A DNA stretch of 63,742 nt, counting the filler, from Phoronis australis (lineage: Eukaryota; Animalia; Phoronida): the NCBI GenBank assembly GCA_002633005.1. It is 7 parts of 6 records of this genome, joined end to end, with 100 filler letters (N's around TTAATTAATTAA, not from the genome) between each part and the next. Parts side by side here need not be neighbours in the genome. Positions count along the whole stretch, not along the records: positions 17,497 to 32,360 come from NMRA01001383.1; positions 32,461 to 45,668 come from NMRA01000186.1; 5 more parts are not named here. One strand, 5' to 3'. The notes below the pieces were generated by a model, which was not told where the DNA came from, searched no databases, and saw only the letters and a list, made by a program, of their open reading frames with translations. The first letter of the stretch is position 1. Every line of letters begins with the position of its first letter. Below are positions 23,301 through 36,314 of this stretch, in pieces. Made by a program: the position numbers and the translations under genes.

Positions 23301-26300
23301 GCGGTATTCCGCGAGACATTTGGTTAGGCCTCTGTCATCAGTTGGTAGAGGGCGCTTAACCTTGTAAAAAATAAACATTCCCTTAGACAATGTTGACAGG
23401 GGTGACGTTAAAAAGGCAGTAATTTATTATTGCTTTTTAACTTTAAAGGTGAGAGAAGCGAGTGATTAGTCAAACTGAAAAGCGCGCTGTTTAGCTGGTT
23501 AAAAACTGAAAATCGAATTAGGCCGTTTAACCTCTTCAAATCAATATCATAATCATTATATTCCTTTTTGTGATAGGGTACTGTTTTATCTTCTAACAGG
23601 TACATCGAAACCACAAGCCATTCACTCACTTGAACGCTTCGGAATCTGTCGGGGTTGGCCAACCCTTAAACTGCGAATGTCTCATGTTGTGACGAGTAGA
23701 AACCGAATATTATGAGACCAATTTTATGAGAGGAAAAAGAACTCAAAAAAATTGTCCAAATTTGGCTAACTTCAAAATGTTTTGTCTCGAACATGGCTGG
23801 TCTGATACATATTCTGAATTTTCCGATGTTGTGCTTCATGCATTGTTTTTCAAAGCGTTATTAGAACTTCTTACTAAANTGAATGAGGGGCTATCAAAAA
23901 TAACACTTTTATGATCTTCATCAAAATCATTGAAGTTTCATAAAACGAAAGCGAATTGACATTTTAGAGAATTGTAACATCATTTTTTAGATCTCGCCTT
24001 GAAATTTACATCAAGAAAATTAGGTCATGTTATTGATACGGTTGTTTCTCTATCAATATACCTTTATTATTTGACAAATTTTACTAAAGCGACGTGGTCA
24101 CGTGACCCAATTGTTGATAGATTAGTAGTAAATTAGTACAGGCTTGTTATTTTCAGAAATATTTACTTTTCCTGAGCTACAATCTACAGTTTGTAGATAC
24201 TTGACTATGTACGCTGGTGTAACCCTAAGATTTACTTAACCGTAATTCGGTTTCCCTTTTTTCACCGGTTAAACAAGAAGAGTTCTTTTTAAATTGTGTC
24301 AAATGACGTAATACACAGCCTGGAACAAAGGGTGAAATTTTTCATATCTGTACTTCATCGTTTACACTACACTATCAGAAGACAGAGAGGAAACGTTTTT
24401 GTTTTCCCAACTTTGCTTTGAAATCTATGTGCGTAATATTTCGCCGTTTGGTTAACGCTAAGACGTCTCAAATAACTCAGTTTTATGTTGTAATTTTTTT
24501 GAACTCCGTAAGAGCATAATCTCATCTTTGATTGTTTTTTTATTAGTTGGAAAGGTGCACAACACGTGTTGGTGATGTCTCTCAAACCAAACTGCATCAG
24601 TGGTTGACCTCAACTAACGCGGATTCGTGAATTGGCGACAATGACTTAACTGAAAACACGTTTCTACGGTGATTTGTAAATGACACAAAAACAATGTCAA
24701 TTTACTACTTAAACTATACCAAAATACAACAAAGAGGTAATAAAACTCAAAATTGAACCATTATCGCCAAATCGTTGTCCGTAAACCTTAAAAATCTCAA
24801 ACCTTTAGTAAATTACTTTTTTACACCGGACAACTTACCATGAAGCCAGAACTGAAACGCTTAACTTAGCAGTCAACTGTTTTTAAAATTGCCCGTGAGT
24901 GACTCTTCGGTTTTCAGCCTCCAAACTATTTTCTAAATAACTAGCTCGAAACTTCCGCAGTGTCAAATCAACTCCTTCAACTCATACAGCGGGACCGAGA
25001 ATCCTTCTCAAACGTCGCGTTTGTTTCCTGTTGAATACTTAGCTAGTTTGTTTTCGCGAGAAGTGTGACGAACAACTACAATAGTTTCAGTTAAAAAAAA
25101 TCTTTACTTGGGAAATCGAACCTCTCAATTTTGTCGTATGTTTAGTTAGATGGCTTCACAGATTTTCGAAATTTTCGGTTGAACTGGCTCTAATACGTGC
25201 AATAACAACTTCAATGAGGAAAAAACCTGGCGTGCGTTCAGTAGACGCTAGGACCTACGCTAGGACCTAGCTAAAACCTAGTCAAAGTCACGTGTTCTTA
25301 TTTACAATACACGGCAATATCTCACGTAATCTCGCGAAGTCTTGCTTTTTAGCGAGGTCCTAGCGTTACTGAACGGGAGGCTGATTAATTCATAATGCGT
25401 AATTGCCTTCCCTTCACGTTCGTTAATTTCGGTTGTCCTTTCAGTTAAATGCTTTCTTTCAACCTCTCTTTCGTTATGCGGACTTGTGACTCTTTGTACC
25501 ACACTATTATATTTTCATAAAATCGAAGTTCTGAGTCTTCATAACCGTGTAATCCTGCAAATAAGCGCAAGCGCCTGTAAGCAAGACTTTCCACTCAAAT
25601 ACCCCGCATATAGGCGCACGTGCCTAAGTTCCGGCGTTAGGTGCATGAGGTGGTCCGATTATAGGCGCATCTTGTTTTTTAAATACATAGGCGAACCATG
25701 GTATTCCCCACAACGAGTGAATTAAGGCCATTTTGGGTACAATAAATATATTAGAGTAATGGTAAACTAAACATAGAAAAATTAAAAAAACTATTAGTTT
25801 TAGTTTAAAGAGACATGGAACGCAAAAGCTCGTCAAAATATCTTTTAAACAATTCCTGACGAAAGTACCACCTCGTAATGTCTAGTACACTTTCTCTATG
25901 AGGAAATTTCAGGAAAAAATCTCTAAGTTCACGATTTTTGAAATACGGGTGAAGAAAAAATCTCTGTGGTTATCACAGAGTTTCTAATCTCCCACTTATG
26001 ATAAATGTGCGCATGCGCTCACGCTCAGTTGCTTGAAGTCACTTTAGGTCATAGTTTACATTTTCCATGTAAGGGAAAAGTGCTGCGTCTGTTTTGCCTT
26101 ACCAAATAAGGAGACGTGCTCTGCATGTTGGAGAATTTCATAAAATGCAACGGGGTATTCATGATCTCGAAAGTCTGGCACTTCTGAAAGTGTAAAATTG
26201 GGCGTTTGCCTGTGGTGCTGATAATTCTTTGGCAAATAAAGAGCATCATATTCGATGTTTTATGTTCGTTTAAAGTTCAAAATGGTCAATTAGGACACGG

Positions 26301-27025
26301 GCCGTACATGTAGCTCCAGTATTTTAGTTCATCCTGTGAACATATCAGGGCTGTGAATTTCTTTTCCCGGTGCAGCTCGAAGTATATGTATCGTAACCAT
26401 TTGAGATTCGAGAAGTCCTCCTGTTGTGTAATTAACATTGCATCGAATCAAAGTATTCTAAATATGTAAGGATATTCTTTTGGATGTTCAGAACGATAAC
26501 AAGAGTCAGTTCATGTCTAATTTGATAAAACAGTATGCGACTTTCCCCTTTGAAACTTTAGGGTTCACTTTTATTTCGTTTGATCAAAAAGGTTGACAGT
26601 TTACCAAGTAGCAGTCAATCGATGTCGGGTTGGTGTTCAGAATGCAAGATCTGGAATTGATTGAAATAGTGAATCTTTATCGCCATCTTGTTTAAGTTTA
26701 ATGATTTTAAAAACAAGCGCCTCCCAGTTATATGTATGGAGGACTCGCGCATGTGCTATCAAGTTAATTAGCGACATTGTAAATTTGTTTTTTCAATTCT
26801 AACTACAACTTCAATTCCGTGTTTGCCTACAGAGGTCGGTGTTAGCCGGACTGCTGACATACATTTGTTGAAAGTAAATGCAAATCATTTCTACAAAGAT
26901 GTTTGTCGTTACAAAAGCTTCTAAAATTTCCAACTAGTACTCGCGCTGCTGTAAAGTTAGATAACTTTAAAAGCCTGTGAAGCGATGGACGACTGTGTCT
27001 AACAGTTGTATTCACCAGGAAAGAC

Positions 27026-27445
27026 AGAGATAGTTTATTTCTATGTTTCTATGCTCTTTTTCTAGAAGGCCTGTGGTTCATATACACACAATTATACTTT
27101 ACAAAAAAGTACGTTATCTACATCGTCTCTTCTGTTGCCAGCTGGTAGCAAATACTGAGCTAAATTTAAATCATCACACTTCTGCACGACATTTTCTGAG
27201 GTTATTTCACAGTTCATGCTTACTCTCTTGAAATTTGTTCTTAAATCGTAGTAAGATGGACACACTATTAAAAATGATATTCGTCTTCCACAATGTGGAG
27301 ACACAAGCACTGCTATTCTTTCTAGAAGTAATCAAATATCTCCCTCTTTCTATTTGTAAGTTATTATTTGAACATCTAAATTTTGCCAAAACCTTCAGAC
27401 ATTTTGTAGGTTTTACAGTTGCCACTTATTTTATTTCTAAAAGTA
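27026..27445 (-). mobile_element. 3' end of a non-LTR retrotransposon (RTE-X/CR1-like C-terminal zinc-knuckle region), decayed
   Basis: LAKFRCSNNNLQIERGRY...C..C...(EDEYH)FLIVCPSYYDLR across frameshifts; AATAAA on the minus strand at 27034-27039. Confidence 0.7.
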
Positions 27446-29276
27446 ACTGATGTTCGCGTAATCTGTAACTATCAAAAGTACTGACATCCAGCAACCCGCG
27501 CCGTAACCGAAACGGATAATGTACCTGTGATCCACAACAAAAATGGAACCTGACCCGTCTCTGCTGACGTCTTGAACAGCAACTCTGTAGCTCACAGTCG
27601 CATTCAAGAGAATACTACATTTTTCATAGGTCTCGACCTTCGTTTCACTCAACCCAACTCTGACTGGTCCCAACGACACGGGAACACTTCGCACAAAGGA
27701 TACCTAAAAGAATTGAATTATCATTTTTTACATCTAAATTGCACAGAAGCAATGTAGGTTATGTTCACACGTATGTCAAATGAACCGGTTAAATAATATG
27801 TTCATAGTTGTTTGCAAACTTCACCCTGCAGATGGATTCTTCATTGCTCTCAGTTTTTTAATTTAAGCAAGGTCATGTGTCGAAATATTTTCAATCAAAA
27901 CGGTTGGAAAATTCAACTTCTGAGGCTGGTAAGCAAAAACAGATAGAAGTTGAGGTGGCCATTGCTTGTGCCAAGAAATTTTTCATATGAACGCCAACTT
28001 GTATTTGTGGAGTTTTCCAAAAAAGACACCTTGGCTGCAATGTATGCTGGTGGACGCCTTTATTATTCAATTAGCGAGGCGTACTTTCGAAAAAATCAAG
28101 GTGCAGACCAGGATCAAGTACGCTTTGTTTAGTCTCACCTCCGCCAGCAGAGTTGGGAGGAAGGGGGTGTCTGCAACAACTTAGGCGGATTTGGGGTGGG
28201 AGTGGGTGACAAGGACATCCACTACGGGCGCGACCAAAGGAGTGCCGTTGTCCTCCTTGCAGACGTGTGAATTAATCGAAGTTCATATCATCAGTATCAG
28301 TGTACTACAGTCATTCCACGAATACACCTCTTCTGTGAATCAAGCTTGATTTCGGCCTTTGCCTTTGCGGTAAAACACCTCTCAAGCTCTGATCTTGTTC
28401 CACTAATTACAGTTGGTTGTTGTTTCAGACCACGGTCTTACTTGTCACCAAGTGTGTTTGATTAAACCTATTCACCTTGTTAAGTTAATCAACCAATTAA
28501 CCATCCGCCGACGAAGTATGGCGTCACAGGGATTTCAACATTGTGTTTTGTTGCAACCGGAAAAGAACGAAATGCGATTGCTTTTACAAAAACAAAACTG
28601 ACTATCACAGAAAGCCGTTTTTGACGTTGAGACATGGCTTCTACCGGGTTTAAAGGTTAATTAAAAGAGCAACATACCCAAGCAAAAACAAACCCCAAAA
28701 CTCTATTGCACATATTCATGGGTCTGCCTGTTTCTGTCCAACTTGAATGAACGCATACATGTGCAAGCAGAGCGCAACTCAACAAAGGTCCTCTATAAAT
28801 AATCGTGCTGGTGCTTACACCTACAGGTATATGTGTATTTGTTTAATTGTCTTAACAACTGTGACTATCAACACATTATTTCCCGTAACATATAAATGCG
28901 TCACTATGATTTCAAGAGATGACAGGGGATTGAATATAGGTAAAAACAGGTTTATTGGAACTGAAAAAAAACAATACACCAACAATAAGAAATACATGCC
29001 TGAGGAAAAACGCGCATTCTCTGAAAACACGGTTAGCAACATAAGCAACGACCATTAAAATAGGCGAAACCGTCACTACCTGTACATGTATGCAATAAAC
29101 AATACCTCCGTGTGCACTGAGCCAGAGCAGTTGCCAGCTACACCGATAGGCGGTAGCACATACTGGACACCCGGGTCTGCTGTAGCAGTTGCTTTCGGTG
29201 CCGCGTTCAGACTGTGGAACGTCTAGAAGACTGCAGAATTAGGACCTCTCCATGCGTGCCGATAGGTGGTGGGTAG

Positions 29277-30810
29277 CCTGCACGCACATAACATTTAATT
29301 TTCTTCGGGATTTTTTTACACTGGCGTTTCTGATTGGCTGGTAGAATTCTCAACAGCTAGGTAGCGTTTTACGCAAACAAATTGGCATGACTGATTGGGG
29401 AAGTGTAAATGTGGTCTGTTGTACAGACAAATCGGTGCTTAAAATTTGTTGAAAAAACGGAAATCCCAGAAATTGTGTTTGCGCCTTTTCAGAGTGCATC
29501 TTTCTACTGCTGCTGACTTATGCATGGTTATGTTGCTGCCCTGCGTCTCTCTGGTTCCCGTCCTTTGTGCCGCTAGGTGGTAGCCAGCACGAGCAGGCCT
29601 CGCTGGTTCCTTGCGTGCCGCTAGCCAGCCAGCTCGCTGGTTCCCTGCGTGCTTAGCCCAGCCAGCACGCAGGTATCACACACAGGCAGGCGCTTTAGCA
29701 TTGGTCGATGTAACCTCGGCAGTCATTGGTTAGCTTTACAACACCGTGAAAAAATGGCGGACTGTGAACGATTTTTAGCCTTGTCATGCAAGTGGCGTCG
29801 CAGCAACTATTTCTTTTCTGCAGTGATGTTTAATAGCCGCGTGCTTGAAGCACATACATGTACAATAAACACATATCTGGACGATTTAACCGGTTTGTTA
29901 TTCGTACTATATGAATACAGGATCGTAAACAAAAGTCATCGACAGTAGAAAGGTGCATTCCGAAAAGGCGCAATCACAATTTCTAGGCTTCACATTTCCT
30001 GAACATAAGTTTTAAGCACCGATTTGTCTGTACAACGGACTACTCACTTCAGTCCATCAGTCTTGCCAGTTTGTTTGCGTAAAGCGCTGCCTGTTGAGAA
30101 TTCGACTAGCCAATCAGAAACGCCGGTGTAAAAAAATTACCTAGGAAAAGTAAGTGAAACCTGCGTGCTGGCGCGTCTACCGCCCCACCTAGTGGCACGC
30201 AGGGAACCAGCGAGGCCAGCCAGCTGAGCACGCAGGTAGCAGGCAGTAGCACGCGCTTTATCATTGGTCGATGTAACCTCGGCAGTCATTGGTTAGCTTT
30301 ACAACAAAGTGAAAAAATGACGGACTATGAACGATTTTAGCCTTGTCATGCAAGTGGCGTAGCAGCAACTATATCGTAAGTTCTGCAGTCACTGTCTAAA
30401 AGCCGCGTGCTTGAAGCACATGCATGTATAGGCCTAATAAACACATCTCTGACCGATTTAACCGATGTGTTATTCATACTGTATGAATATAGGACACCAT
30501 CGTAAACAAAAGTCAGCCACAGTAGAAAGATGCACTCCGAAAAGGCGCAACCACAATTTTCTGGGTTTCACATTTCTTGAACATGAATTTTAAGCACCGA
30601 TTTTTCTGTACGACAGACCACATTTACACTTGCAGTTTGTTTGCGTGAAGCGCTGCCTGTTAAGAATTCAACCAGCCAATCAGAAGGCTGGTGTAAAAAA
30701 ATTCCCCAGGAAAATTAAGTGATACCTGCGTGCTGGCTACCAGCTAGTGAGCGGCACGCAGGGAACCAGCGACTTACCTGCGTGTAATCTCTGCGCAAGG
30801 AACCAGCGAG
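29277..30810. repeat. Foldback/tandem composite: two ~563-bp direct units plus an upstream inverted partial unit
   Basis: cattggtcgatgtaacctcggcagtc at 29699 and 30262; 29277-29512 is the reverse complement of ~29944-30170; GC-rich gcacgcagggaaccagc motifs occur in both orientations. Confidence 0.85.
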
Positions 30811-31081
30811 ACAGGACGTTTGGTCAAAAGACCACTCGCAAAAGCGACCCATTTGTCGTCTTACGAGCACCGCACTGGTGCCGCCACCTCAGTCTCGATC
30901 GGCGTGGCTGCCACGCATGATCATGGCATCACTAAAGTCAGAAACTTGAAAAGTATTATGACTTCACCTTGGCACGTCCCTGTTCATGCTGACATGCTTA
31001 TAAGTAGTTGATGTGTGTTATCTGTGGCTCATTTATTAAAATACTTTATTTTTATTTTGCCTTCAAATGCCCATTCGTCGG

Positions 31082-31260
31082 TTAGCTCATCCAAAGGCAG
31101 TCTGGGAATAGACTGACGGATGCGAGCAAGCCTTCCCCTAGACCAAGACTTTGATGTCCTCGGCACCTGCCCTCGGGTATTATGACCCTAACAAAGAAAT
31201 ATTTCATCAGGTTACTTTCGCCGGAAGAGTCGCAGTGATATCTGATCACAAGCCATTATA
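31082..31260 (+). mobile_element. Ty3/Gypsy RT-connection/RNase H relic with internal deletion
   Basis: VWE*TDGCEQAF..TKTLMSSAPALGYYDPNKE fused to FHQVTFAGRVAVISDHKPL. Confidence 0.75.
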
Positions 31261-31295
31261 TGTGTTGGCGCAGAAGCCATATGCAAGTCCCCTAG

Positions 31296-32352
31296 AACTA
31301 ATTCAACTATTCCCACTAATCGCTACGCCACCTGCAGGCACACCTGATACCAAACAGGACGTCAGCATCAGGCCCACAACTTGAGAGACAGAGAACACAC
31401 ATTTCAACTAATTCAACTATTCCCACTAATCGCTGCGCCACCTACAGGAACAGACTGATAACAATCATGACATCCGCAAAAGGCTCTCAACTTGACAGAC
31501 ACAGAACATGCATTTCAACTAATTCAACTATTCCCACTAATTGTTGCGCCACCTGCAGGCAAGTCAATGACTCGAGCAGGTAGATAAAGTTCATGACATA
31601 ATCAATGGGGTCACCATTTTAGAGACTCCACACACGCATTTCAACTAATTCAACTATTCCCACTAATCGCTGCGCCACCTACAGGAAAAGACTGATAACA
31701 ATCATGACATCAGCAAAAGGCTCACAGCTTAAGAGACACAGAACATGCATTTCAACTAATTCAACTATTCCCACTAATTGTTGCGCCACCTGCAGACAAG
31801 TCAGTGACTCGAGCAGGTAGATAAAGTTCATGACATAATCAATGGGGTCACCATTTAGAGACTCCACACGCGTATTTCAACTAATTCAACTATTCCCACT
31901 AATCGCTGCGCCACCTGCGGGAATAGGCTGATAACAAACATTATGTCAGCTACAGGCTCACAGCTTGAGAAACACAGAACCCACATTTCAACTAATTCAA
32001 CTATTCCCACTAATTGCTATGCCACCTGCAGGCAGACAGATAAAGCACATGGCGCTTAATAAGGCTCACCAAGCTCACAACTTGACAGACTCAGATCAGG
32101 CATTTCAACTTAATTCAACTATTCCCACTAATCGCTGCGCCACCTACAGGAACAGACTGATAACAATCATGACGTCAGCAAAAGGCTCTCAACTTGACAG
32201 ACACAGAACATGCATTTCAACTAATTCAACTATTCCCACTAATTGTTGCGCCACCTGCAGGCAAGTCAGTGACTCGGGTTTTTTTCTCACATTGCCAGTT
32301 ATACTTTAGATGGCGCTACAATTGGTTGAATTAGTTGAATTGGTTGAATAGC
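31296..32352 (+). repeat. Diverged satellite: 9 units of ~105-126 bp with a ~48-bp conserved core, ending in an inverted core
   Basis: Core atttcaactaattcaactattcccactaat(c/t)g(c/t)tgcgccacct(g/a)cagg at 31296 (partial), 31401, 31512, 31638, 31749, 31874, 31985, 32102, 32214. Inverted tagatggcgct...gttgaattagttgaa at ~32307-32350. Confidence 0.9.
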
Positions 32353-32360
32353 TCAGTGCT

Positions 32361-32460
32361 NNNNNNNNNNNNNNNNNNNNNNNNNNNNNNNNNNNNNNNN
32401 NNNNTTAATTAATTAANNNNNNNNNNNNNNNNNNNNNNNNNNNNNNNNNNNNNNNNNNNN
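32361..32460. other. Artificial contig linker
   Basis: N-run with a central TTAATTAATTAA. Confidence 0.98.
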
Positions 32461-33109
32461 GCGCTGCGCACTACGACTCAGTTTCCGTCGTCTGCTCCAC
32501 TGTGCAATGAAGAAAATTTACTTCATTTTTTAAAGAAAATGGAACCTGAGTGACGATGAAAAAACAGAAGCTGCTGGTAAGATGGGAATTTTAATAGAAG
32601 CCTTTGTGAATCACTCAGAAACTCGCAATACTCTCTTTGTCAAACCTTATGTTAAGACGATTTCCAAAGCAATCCCCGGTCATTATTGCCAACACGAATA
32701 ACGGATTTGGTCTTTTGGGCATTTTAAGACTATTTTGAATACGACAAATTTGTTAAGAATCGATGGCACAAAACGTGTAATAAGCATTACAAAAAGAAGT
32801 AGGTTTCGCGCGCAAACGCCGTGGACCATAAACAAGTACGTCTCAGACTCTTTAGTAAGAGATTAGTAGCTAAATCGTCGTGGTGTAGTGGTAACGCACG
32901 CGCGCTCTATGCGCAAGGTCGTGAGTTCGAGTCTGTGGTACTTGCAGTTTTTCCTGTTTGACACGTTCTCCGTGTTTTTTTTTTGCCTTTTTTCTTGGTT
33001 AATACTTCAAGAATCAAGGAAAATAATTGATTTTTAGAGGTCAAAACAGAAAAAATTCCTGGGCGGGAGGGGGGCAAACCCCCCTTGTGATATCCTAGAT
33101 CCGCCACTG
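32461..33109 (-). mobile_element. Partial inverted copy of the hAT5-like MITE at 40544-41518
   Basis: Reverse-complement match to 40544-41243; ends gatatcctagatccgccactg; contains a tRNA-like A/B-box segment at 32877-32933. Confidence 0.85.
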
Positions 33110-34824
33110 CACTTAATGAGTAACAACTGCGAGGCTGAAATTTGGTGAACACTAATGATGAATCGTGCAGTATAGTAAGTAAAGATGTCTCACTAAATTT
33201 CACCGTAAATTGTTGGCGAGAACAATTTAGTTTTAAACTCGTAACTTATCCCGCTGTCCTCCAATATGGCCGACGCGATCCAAACAAAGTGACCCAAATT
33301 TCGCCACAAAAATTGTAATAACTTTACACTGCTTGCCCCGATGTTGATACTTTTTCGTTTTTTACTGAATAGAATGCACTACCTTTCCGATGATAGAAAA
33401 GTACTTTTTCAAAACGAGAAAAAATCAAAACGAAAAAAATGGTTCGACTCATATTGGTTCCTAGGTTCAACCGCCCTACGTATGGAACTAAACACCAATG
33501 CTATTTCAACATAATAAGTACGCGTAACATTCCAAAAAATTCAACGATCACAAACTACAAATACACTATATATGCAAACGAATCACGAGGTAATACTAAT
33601 AAAACAAAATATTGAAGACTTTTTGAGCAAGCGATAGCATATTCAGTTACAAGGAAAAAATGGCGGCGTTCAGGACAAGTTCCTGAAGTGATGAGCCGGA
33701 AATTTGGGTACGTAAATAACCGATGACAGCCGGTAATCATACGCTCACAGAGAAGGGTTAAATACTGTTAAAATCGCTTTTAACAAGAAAGGCGGAAAGA
33801 ATACAAAGAAAGGGTGTCGAAAATAGGATTTTATTTAGTTAGTATTTTCGGATACTGGAACCACATGGGCATTTTGAGACCAGGACTTTAAACGGTCATA
33901 TAAGCCTTTCCAAAGATAAAATTTTTAATGGGTTGGCTGAAATTCTCACGGAGTGCTGCTAGGGACTGGGAGGTTTTGCCGGCTCAGTCGAAAAGACAAT
34001 CACTGAAATGTATAAAGTTTAGAAAATAATATACAGCAACATGATGAACCCTTTTCGTCGTTATAATTGTGAAGTACCTATTTTTAGTTGTTTAAAACCG
34101 ACAAGACGATCAGCTGTCTAGGGGGCCGCTCCTCCAGAGCGCCATTACATCACTGTATTCCCCAAGTTTTTAGTTTGGGTCTAAAAATTCCTTGACCCGA
34201 CGCCACATGATTTATTCTAACAAAAAAATTTGAGGCATGCGTTCGTGTGAAGCACTTGAACACTAAGTAGAAAAAACTAAATGGAAACTCATGGAAATCG
34301 ATGAGCACACAAACAGCAGTATGCGTGCATGTGAAGTCGTGTCATTGTATGCAACAATTGACCAATGGATCTGTACATGTTTGTGTACATGTGCGTATTC
34401 GGAATTGAGGGCATAGGTCAATTTGAATAAAAGTTAGAAGCAAAATTTTGCAAAAAGGATAGAGTTAGTACAGGAACTGGTATGTTAACATTAAGTATTT
34501 CAATGAAAAAAGAAGAATGCACAAGTGACACCAAAAACACCCTGTAGTGGTAGGTAAGACACGCACATATACATCGGATAGCCGCGTGTGCCGGTGAACA
34601 CCTCTGTTTGGATCGCCAAATCCGGAGGTCCGAAATATGCATTGACACCGACCCGTTCTCGAAAGGTGATTGGAATTGTCTACTTTAGGTTATACCAAGG
34701 AATAATAATTGCATCAATATGCAGACGTTGTTTCAAAAAATAAAACGCATGTAAGGAGTGCTGAGTTGTCTCAAGGAAAATTACTTCAATGATAAGCTCA
34801 CAATTTTTTCACTATCTATTATTA

Positions 34825-35168
34825 CAGTGGAGGATCTAGGATATCACTGATAAGGGGGGCAACACTTTGCGTCGGGCATCCAGCTCAAAATACAGGGGGT
34901 TCGAATTTCTGAGAATGTGGACCTTTCACTGAAAAACAAACGGAGTACTTAAAAACGGTAAAACGATGGTCTGGCTCGGACACTTGCAATAGGGTCTCAG
35001 CTCCCCCACACACCCACACACAAACTACAACTGCCCACGTTTAATATTGCTTCAGCCGCATGATAATTACCAGGGTTAGTTAATAAACTCAATATTTCCT
35101 CACGCCCTTGCTGTTTTATTTTTGTCGGCAGTCAAGGGGGGGCTCTGCCCCCCCCAAATCCGCCTATG
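34825..35168 (+). mobile_element. hAT5-like MITE, short relative, 5-bp TSD TATTA
   Basis: TATTA|cagtggaggatctaggatatca ... caaatccgcctatg|TATTA; shares both ends with 40544-41518. Confidence 0.8.
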
Positions 35169-35629
35169 TATTACTTGTGCTACTACCTAATTCATCTTAG
35201 CGTGGTAAACTGGTAATTTCTACAGTTTGAAACGACATGGTCTCACAGTTGAGGCATTTGTTTCATAGACTCTGTTGTGAAACAACACGCCGGCTGCAAT
35301 GTATATAAGCGGAACTACTGTAGAGTCTTCTAAAGACGTTCGCATTATTAATTTTCACCAAATATTTTTTTACACTAATCAATGTACCCATTTTATCCGA
35401 CCATGATGTGCAGAATCGCAGATTTTTTTGTCAATAACAAGCACACTTCCATCTGATTGGCCATCCATAACGAGAACAACAACAAAAAATGTTCACACAG
35501 AAACAACACAATGAGATACTGTAACCATTTCAAACAATAAAGTTTTTATTTATTTCAAAATATATTTATTTCAAAACATCACCATCACGCAGTAAAATCA
35601 CACCGTGACAGTAAATAAGTAAGTAATTT

Positions 35630-36314
35630 TGTCAGAATGTAGTCTGACAGTATTTTTAGTTTATTGTTTTGTTTTGTTATTCTGTTTGATTGGCATGACC
35701 CCTGAGTTAAGTACAGTGATGATGTAATTTGTTTACTGTAGTATAGTGAGGAACTTTCTAGAAGACTCTAGCATGACAGTGGTTAATGCAGTCTGGGATA
35801 TTCTAGAGACTAGTGCATGTTTGTAGAATAGTCGGGTAGATTCAGGAAAGTTCTAGAATGTGCTTGAATTGATGAAAAGTTCCAGAACAATGCATTAGGC
35901 TATAAATACACAAGCACGGGTTTGTGTTAGTAAGATCAAGTCAGATAATCAGCAGTTCCAGAAAGTTAATCAGGAGAACAACAGTTTAGTTGCAGTGAAG
36001 AGAATCAGCAGTTACAGCGTTAGTCAACAGAGAGTCAGCTATAGAGACAGCAGCTAGGTTATTGAATCGATGAGTGTAACAGTTGCTGGAAGTGTCTCAG
36101 AAGTTCATCACAAGTCAAGGCTTCGCAGCACTGGCTGGAGCATAGAAAAGACATTACGTCGGACGTTTTGTTTGAGTAGGCTTGTGAACGTACGGTCGGG
36201 ATTAATGAAGGATTAACTCGAACCAGACTTCAGTCAATCGTCGCACCGAAAGCTATATATTAGCACCGGTCTGTAACAGCCTGCGCCCACCCACACACGG
36301 GGAAAAACGTGACA
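35630..36314 (+). mobile_element. Solo LTR (685 bp), Gypsy-like
   Basis: Termini TGTCA...TGACA, 4-bp TSD ATTT on both sides, internal TATAAAT at ~35901, ttctagaa-rich U3-like region. Confidence 0.7.

Noticed and set aside
31296-32277. CRISPR-like repeat-spacer appearance
   Set aside because: The linkers are homologous to each other and recur, periods exceed 100 bp, there are no cas genes, and the context is an intron-rich animal genome. It is a satellite.
32877-32945. Functional tRNA genes here, at ~40772-40831 and at ~59003-59035
   Set aside because: Only A/B-box remnants, without a complete cloverleaf; all are embedded in repeats.
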